Assembly (NCBI RefSeq): GCF_006345805.1
Contig: NW_021836624.1
Coordinates: 1 to 22,986, forward strand
Source: Octopus sinensis
Taxonomy: Eukaryota
DNA: 22,986 bases
Reading direction: 5' to 3'
Shown: positions 18,601-22,986 of the stretch, piece after piece
How positions within the stretch are numbered: the first letter of the stretch is position 1
Layout of the letters: every line of letters starts with the position of its first letter
Program-made: the position numbers and the translations under genes
The notes under the pieces: generated by a model
Database searches by the model: none
Seen by the model: the letters and a program-made list of their open reading frames with translations, nothing else
Told to the model about the DNA's origin: nothing

Positions 18601-19324
18601 CTTCATCACCTCTTGATATCCTGTTGCTTATTTTGATTTTATTCACCTTACTTTGAGTTTTACGGACAATACTGCACTGACTTGGTGCTTCAACTTAAGT
18701 ACCTAATTCAACTGAATCTCATTTATATATATATATTATATAGATATATATATATGTACATGTCTAATCTAGTGATTCTAGAGACGGTCATGGGAAGGTT
18801 ACATCCCCTGCGAGTGTATATATATTGCGCTCCTCTTGGTGCATGAAGAGAGTTTGACGCTTATTTCTAGCAATGTAGGTGCTCCGGCATCTTTAGTCAC
18901 TATGACAATTAAACTTTTCGTTTATGGTATTACATTGAGCCTAGCTATTTATATAAATTATATATATACATAAGTATGTATGTATGTATACAGAGAGAGA
19001 GAGAGTGAGAGAGAGAAAGAGATGTATGTGTGTGAGTGTGTGTGAGTATTTGCGAGTGTGTGTGTGTGTGAGTGGGTGGGTTTGTGCTCGTTTGTTGTGT
19101 GATTCAGTATGTGAGAAGACGTTAATTGTTAAAAATAAGTATGTGTTATTAAAAGCTAATTAATAGTGAAACCTTCATTTGAAGGAGGTACAACGGAACA
19201 GCTGTTAAAAGAAACAGCGCCGAAGCTGTTAAATCGCTATTGTTCGTTTTGTGTTTTGTTGCTCCGGCTATTGTTGCTGTAAGTATTCTTTTTAATTTGA
19301 CTCTTCGTTGTTTATGTGGCTGCT

Positions 19325-19710
19325 GGAGGCGCAATGGCCCAGTGGTTAGGGCAGCGGACCCGCGGTCGTAGGTTCACGGTTTCGATTCCCGGACCGGGCG
19401 TTGTGAGTGTTTATTGAGCGAAAACACCTAAATCTCCATGAGGCTCCGGCAGGAGGTGGTGGCGAACCCTGCTGTACTCTTTCACCACAACTTTCTCGCA
19501 CTCTTTCTTCCTGTTTCTGTTGTATCAGTATTTCAAAAGGGCAGCCTTGTCACACTCTGTGTCACGCTGAATCTCCCCCCGAGAAGTACGTTAAGAGGAC
19601 ACACGTATCTGTGGAGTGCTCAGCCACTTGCACGTTCAATTCACAAGCAAGCTGTTCCGTTGATCGTATCAGTTGGGACCCTCGTTGTCGTAACCGACGG
19701 AGTATCACGA
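19325..19710 (+). mobile_element. tRNA-headed SINE family C, full length
   Basis: A box TGGCCCAGTGG (19335-19345) and B box GTTTCGATTCC (19379-19389). The first ~190 nt are homologous to the 11509 copy. A (GAT/GCT)-like tail follows. Confidence 0.88.
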
Positions 19711-19904
19711 TGTGGATGCTGCTAAGGCTGTTGCTACTGCTGTTTGTTTAGTATAGTTTATATCCTATAAAGCAGTGCTTTTCAATCGATGGCCATGTCA
19801 GCCTTGGAGGGCCATACAAGAATTGTCGCTAAAATTTATCTGCAATAAATTGGTTATACTTCCACATACACAAAGTGTTTTACAATTTCTTTTTATACAA
19901 TTCC

Positions 19905-19938
19905 TAATATATATAATATATATATATAATATAATATA

Positions 19939-20003
<65 letters not shown>
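19905..20003. repeat. (TA)n/(TATAA)n microsatellite
   Basis: Read directly. Confidence 0.95.
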
Positions 20004-20005
<2 letters not shown>

Positions 20006-20035
20006 TGTAAAAGTAATATGTGACAATTATTCGGT

Positions 20036-20107
20036 AGCCAAGATAAAACTCTGAGTTTCGGATGACGAGGTGGAAATCCACACCACCATCTCTTCAGTTA
20101 TCCGGCC
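20036..20107 (-). ncRNA. Type I hammerhead ribozyme (Penelope-type, possibly decayed)
   Basis: The minus strand reads GGCCGGAUAA CUGAAGA GAUG-GUGGUGUGG-AUUU-CCACCUCGU-CAUC C GAA ACUCAGAGU U UUAUCU U GGCU. Stem I is ~10 bp with a bulge, stem II ~13 bp, and stem III quasi-palindromic. Deviations are an extra C before GAAA and a GUU triplet. Confidence 0.75.
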
Positions 20108-20267
20108 ATCGGAAAAACGCTATGAAAAAAGACCGTTATACAAAGGGAAATTACTGTGTTATTGACGCTATTTAGACAAAAGAGCTATTCGAATGACCGC
20201 TAATTAATTTCTCTATTTACATAATATTGAGGTCTGTTTCCTTAAATATATAAATATATATATATAT

Positions 20268-20268
<1 letters not shown>

Positions 20269-20357
<89 letters not shown>
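20269..20357. repeat. (GATA)n microsatellite
   Basis: Read directly. Confidence 0.95.
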
Positions 20358-20359
20358 GT

Positions 20360-20470
20360 GTGTGTGTCTGTGTGCCTTTCTATTTGTTCCCCACCACTGC
20401 TTGACAACCGGTGATGGCTTGTTTAGTTCCCCGTAACTTAGCGGTTCGGCAAAATAGTAAAATAGAATCA
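20360..20470 (+). mobile_element. SINE family A 3'-half fragment
   Basis: GCTTGACAACCG...CCCCGTAACTTAGCGGTTCGGCAAA, shared with 450-510 and 13860-13920. Confidence 0.75.
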
Positions 20471-20482
20471 ATATTTAGCTAA

Positions 20483-20700
20483 TAGTTAGTTAATTTTTGG
20501 GCTCAAAAAGCAAAAAGCAAGGCCATGTAGGGGGACATGGAGTTATGTACAGGGTGATGTTCATGTAAAGAGTTCAGGCCACTTGTGGTCAAGGGAGATT
20601 TTGAACCAAGATTTTGAATCTCGTCCGGCAGCTTATTCCACGGATCCGCAACCCGGACGGAGAAAGCCTCTCCCCTTCGATTGAGATGAAATATAGTTGC
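20483..20700 (-). pseudogene. CR1/L2-like LINE 3' terminal fragment
   Basis: Minus-strand translation FHLNRRGEAFSVRVADPWNKLPDE (motif at 20626-20664) matches the FSxRVxxxWNxLP motif at CR1-type ORF2 ends. It is followed by a short UTR and an (AACT)-like tail. Confidence 0.75.
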
Positions 20701-21368
20701 ATATATCTATGCAACTATTATCATTGAAAGGTCATACACTCTTTCAAATCTAAATTGTTCTTTCTTCCATTGAATTTAATGCTAAATTTCTCCAAAATTA
20801 TTGAATTCGGTTTGTTTTAAAAACATTCACCTTAAGCAATTTTGCACCTGTGAGTTTAAAATAGAAATTTTCAACTTCATTCAATTTGTGAAAAATAAAA
20901 GACATAATTTCTAATATTTCTAATATAAACATGCTCCTGTTTGGAATCAGAAATTTTTGCTCGTTTTCATTTTGATTCAACTAAGAAAGAGTTGAAATAT
21001 TTTAATAATTATTCAGCTTCTTGCTCCCAAATATGCGTTGCAATGTTTCTCTTTTGAGATTTCATTTTAGAATAGATAATTTTTCATCTTTTACAATGCG
21101 AAAATTCACTGTTTTCAATTATCAGATTCTTTTTTAGATATTTCTATTCCGCTCATTGCCCAATTACTAAGTTACATGAAAAAGGTCTAAAATTGTTCAG
21201 TTAAAAAGATTCTGCATCTGTGAAAACTTCAAAAATTCAGTTCCTTTAACTTTGGGAAAAATGGAATTATATTCCTTATTTGTGTTTTAAGTTTCAAAGA
21301 CGTTTAGAGAAAAATTTATGTTAACTACATGCCTAATCATAAAATCTTTCTTTCTACTTTTATATTAT

Positions 21369-21766
21369 ACTAGCAGTATTGCCCGGCGTTACTCGGGTTT
21401 GTTTTCTTTTCGACCCTTCAGAATTGGAATTTTTGAAAAGTAAAAATTTTGTATTATGTAGCTTGTTATTCTCTTTAAGTGAACATTTTTCTGGTTGAAA
21501 TACACCGAAAAATGGCGACACAGCAGTCAAAAAATCGTAAAAAATAGGGATTTTCATAGAAAAAAAGCACCCTTTTGATGTAAATAATTTTTGGTGTTAA
21601 CATGGTCCGATTTGAAATTTTCTTCTACGGAAGGAAGAGCAAATCTTCTTCTATCATACTCTCAATTTTGGTCAACTAGCGTCGCAAGGTCTCGGAGGAG
21701 ATAGTGTTAGTTGAAGGCTACCAAACTGCCATACACAGACAACTTCAGCTTTATATATAGAGAGAT
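21369..21766 (+). mobile_element. Non-autonomous Helitron-like (DINE-1/Lep1-type) element
   Basis: 5' ACTAGCAGTATTGCCCGGCGTTACTCGGG hairpin and 3' ...CAATTTTGGTC...CGGAGGAG...ACAGACAACTTCAGCTTTATATATAGAGAGAT. The architecture is recalled from such elements and was not verified by search. Confidence 0.5.
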
Positions 21767-21950
21767 AAAGCGTTGCGTTGGCAGAGTTACTATCACGTCG
21801 AACAAAATACTTGGCAGCATTTTCTTTCGGTTCTTTACGTTCTGTGTTCAAATCCCGCCGAGGTCAACTTTTCTTTTCCTCCTTCCGTGATTGATAAAAT
21901 AATGTAGAGTCAATGTAATCGATTTTTCCCTTCTTCTCCAGATTGCTGGC
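21767..21950 (+). mobile_element. Degenerate SINE family B copy
   Basis: TTTACGTTCTGTGTTCAAATCCCGCCGAGGTCAACTTT...TTGATAAAATAA. Confidence 0.65.
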
Positions 21951-22154
21951 CTCAAACCACCAAACGGGCCGGATCCTGTTCAGAGTATCTGGTTTCGGTC
22001 ACCTATATGCCATGTAATTCGGACAATCGGCCTTAGAAGACTTAAGAGCTCAAGAAAAAATTTTTAAATGTATATTGCATATGCAGTTTTCAATCGTACT
22101 TGTATTTAGATTGCTGAAAGCTACTCTAAGCATTTTTTTATTAACCATATTATT

Positions 22155-22618
22155 ATTTGAACTCAGAAGTAACGGCAGACGAAATACCTATTTCTATTTC
22201 TTTACTACCCACGAGGGGCTAAACACAGAGGGGACAAACAAGGACAGATAAACGGATTAAGTCGATTACATCGACCCCAGTACGCAACTGGTACTTAATT
22301 TAATCGACCCCGAAAGGATGAAAGGCAAAGTCGACCTCGGCGGAATTTGAACTCAGAACCTAACGGCAGACGAAATACCTATTTCTATTTCTTTACTACC
22401 CACAAGGGGCTAAACACAGAGGGGGCAAACAAGGACAGACAAACGGATTAAGTCAATTACATCGACCCCAGTACGCAACTGGTACTTAATTTATCGGCCC
22501 CGAAAGGATGAAAGGCAAAGTCGACCTCGGCGGAATTTGAACTCAGAACGTAACATCAGACGAAATACGGCTACGCATTTCGCCCGGCGTGCTAACGTTT
22601 CTGCCAGCTTGCCGCCTT
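22155..22618 (-). mobile_element. SINE family B: head plus two tandem ~190-bp monomers plus a partial monomer
   Basis: Units at 22186-22376 and 22377-22566, head at 22567-22618. Same monomer junction as the other arrays. Confidence 0.9.
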
Positions 22619-22986
22619 TTTTCACCTACTTAGTATTGTGCAAATGATGTTCGCATTTGGTATCTTAGTATACATTCATTGGATAAATTAAGCTGGGTGA
22701 AAAGCAAAATGTTTAAGGGATAAAAACCAAATGTATTTTTTTTTTCTATGCTATCAGTGTAAACGTTCAAAATTAATGGCAACTCGCGACGACGTTAGTA
22801 CATCTGTTACACACAAACCTGGCTTTTATTTTTACTAGTATTATCGTGAATAAAACCAAATAGAATTAGCTCTTGTCCACTCAGCTGTGATAAATTTTAT
22901 CGAAAACTGCCACAGCAATTAAGTTGGAAAACAAAGGAAGGAGACAGAAAACGTAACGAGATTCAAATATGAGCGTAGAAAAAGAA

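Noticed and set aside
20790-21200. Faint hAT/Buster transposase-like words (IFHKLNE, LQRIF) on the minus strand
   Set aside because: Too degraded and AT-rich to support by eye; needs tblastn or an HMM.

Overview
Repeat-dense eukaryotic DNA with no supportable host protein-coding gene. The SINE families and the extreme microsatellite load match my recollection of Octopus (coleoid cephalopod) genomes; this is an inference and no search was run. Contents: four tRNA-derived SINE families (about 15 copies or fragments, some as 184-bp tandem multimers); fossils of a Tx1/L1 endonuclease, two R4/Dong-type restriction-like endonuclease LINE ends and a CR1-like 3' end; a full-length decayed Hsmar1-like mariner (8883-10171); five tandem copies of a ~550-bp non-coding element nested in a (TAA)n tract; a 157-bp near-perfect foldback; a TA-flanked MITE; a Helitron-like fragment; and many microsatellites. 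Most long ORFs in the supplied track are microsatellite read-through. The main points of interest are ribozyme-like motifs. There is a near-canonical type I hammerhead (20036-20107, minus strand). There is also a hammerhead core, present twice in a 798-bp-period non-coding repeat (17291-17352 and 18089-18150), whose three strands come in an order matching none of types I, II or III. That would require a pseudoknotted, dimeric or split fold. It is a prediction from base pairing read by eye and has not been tested.
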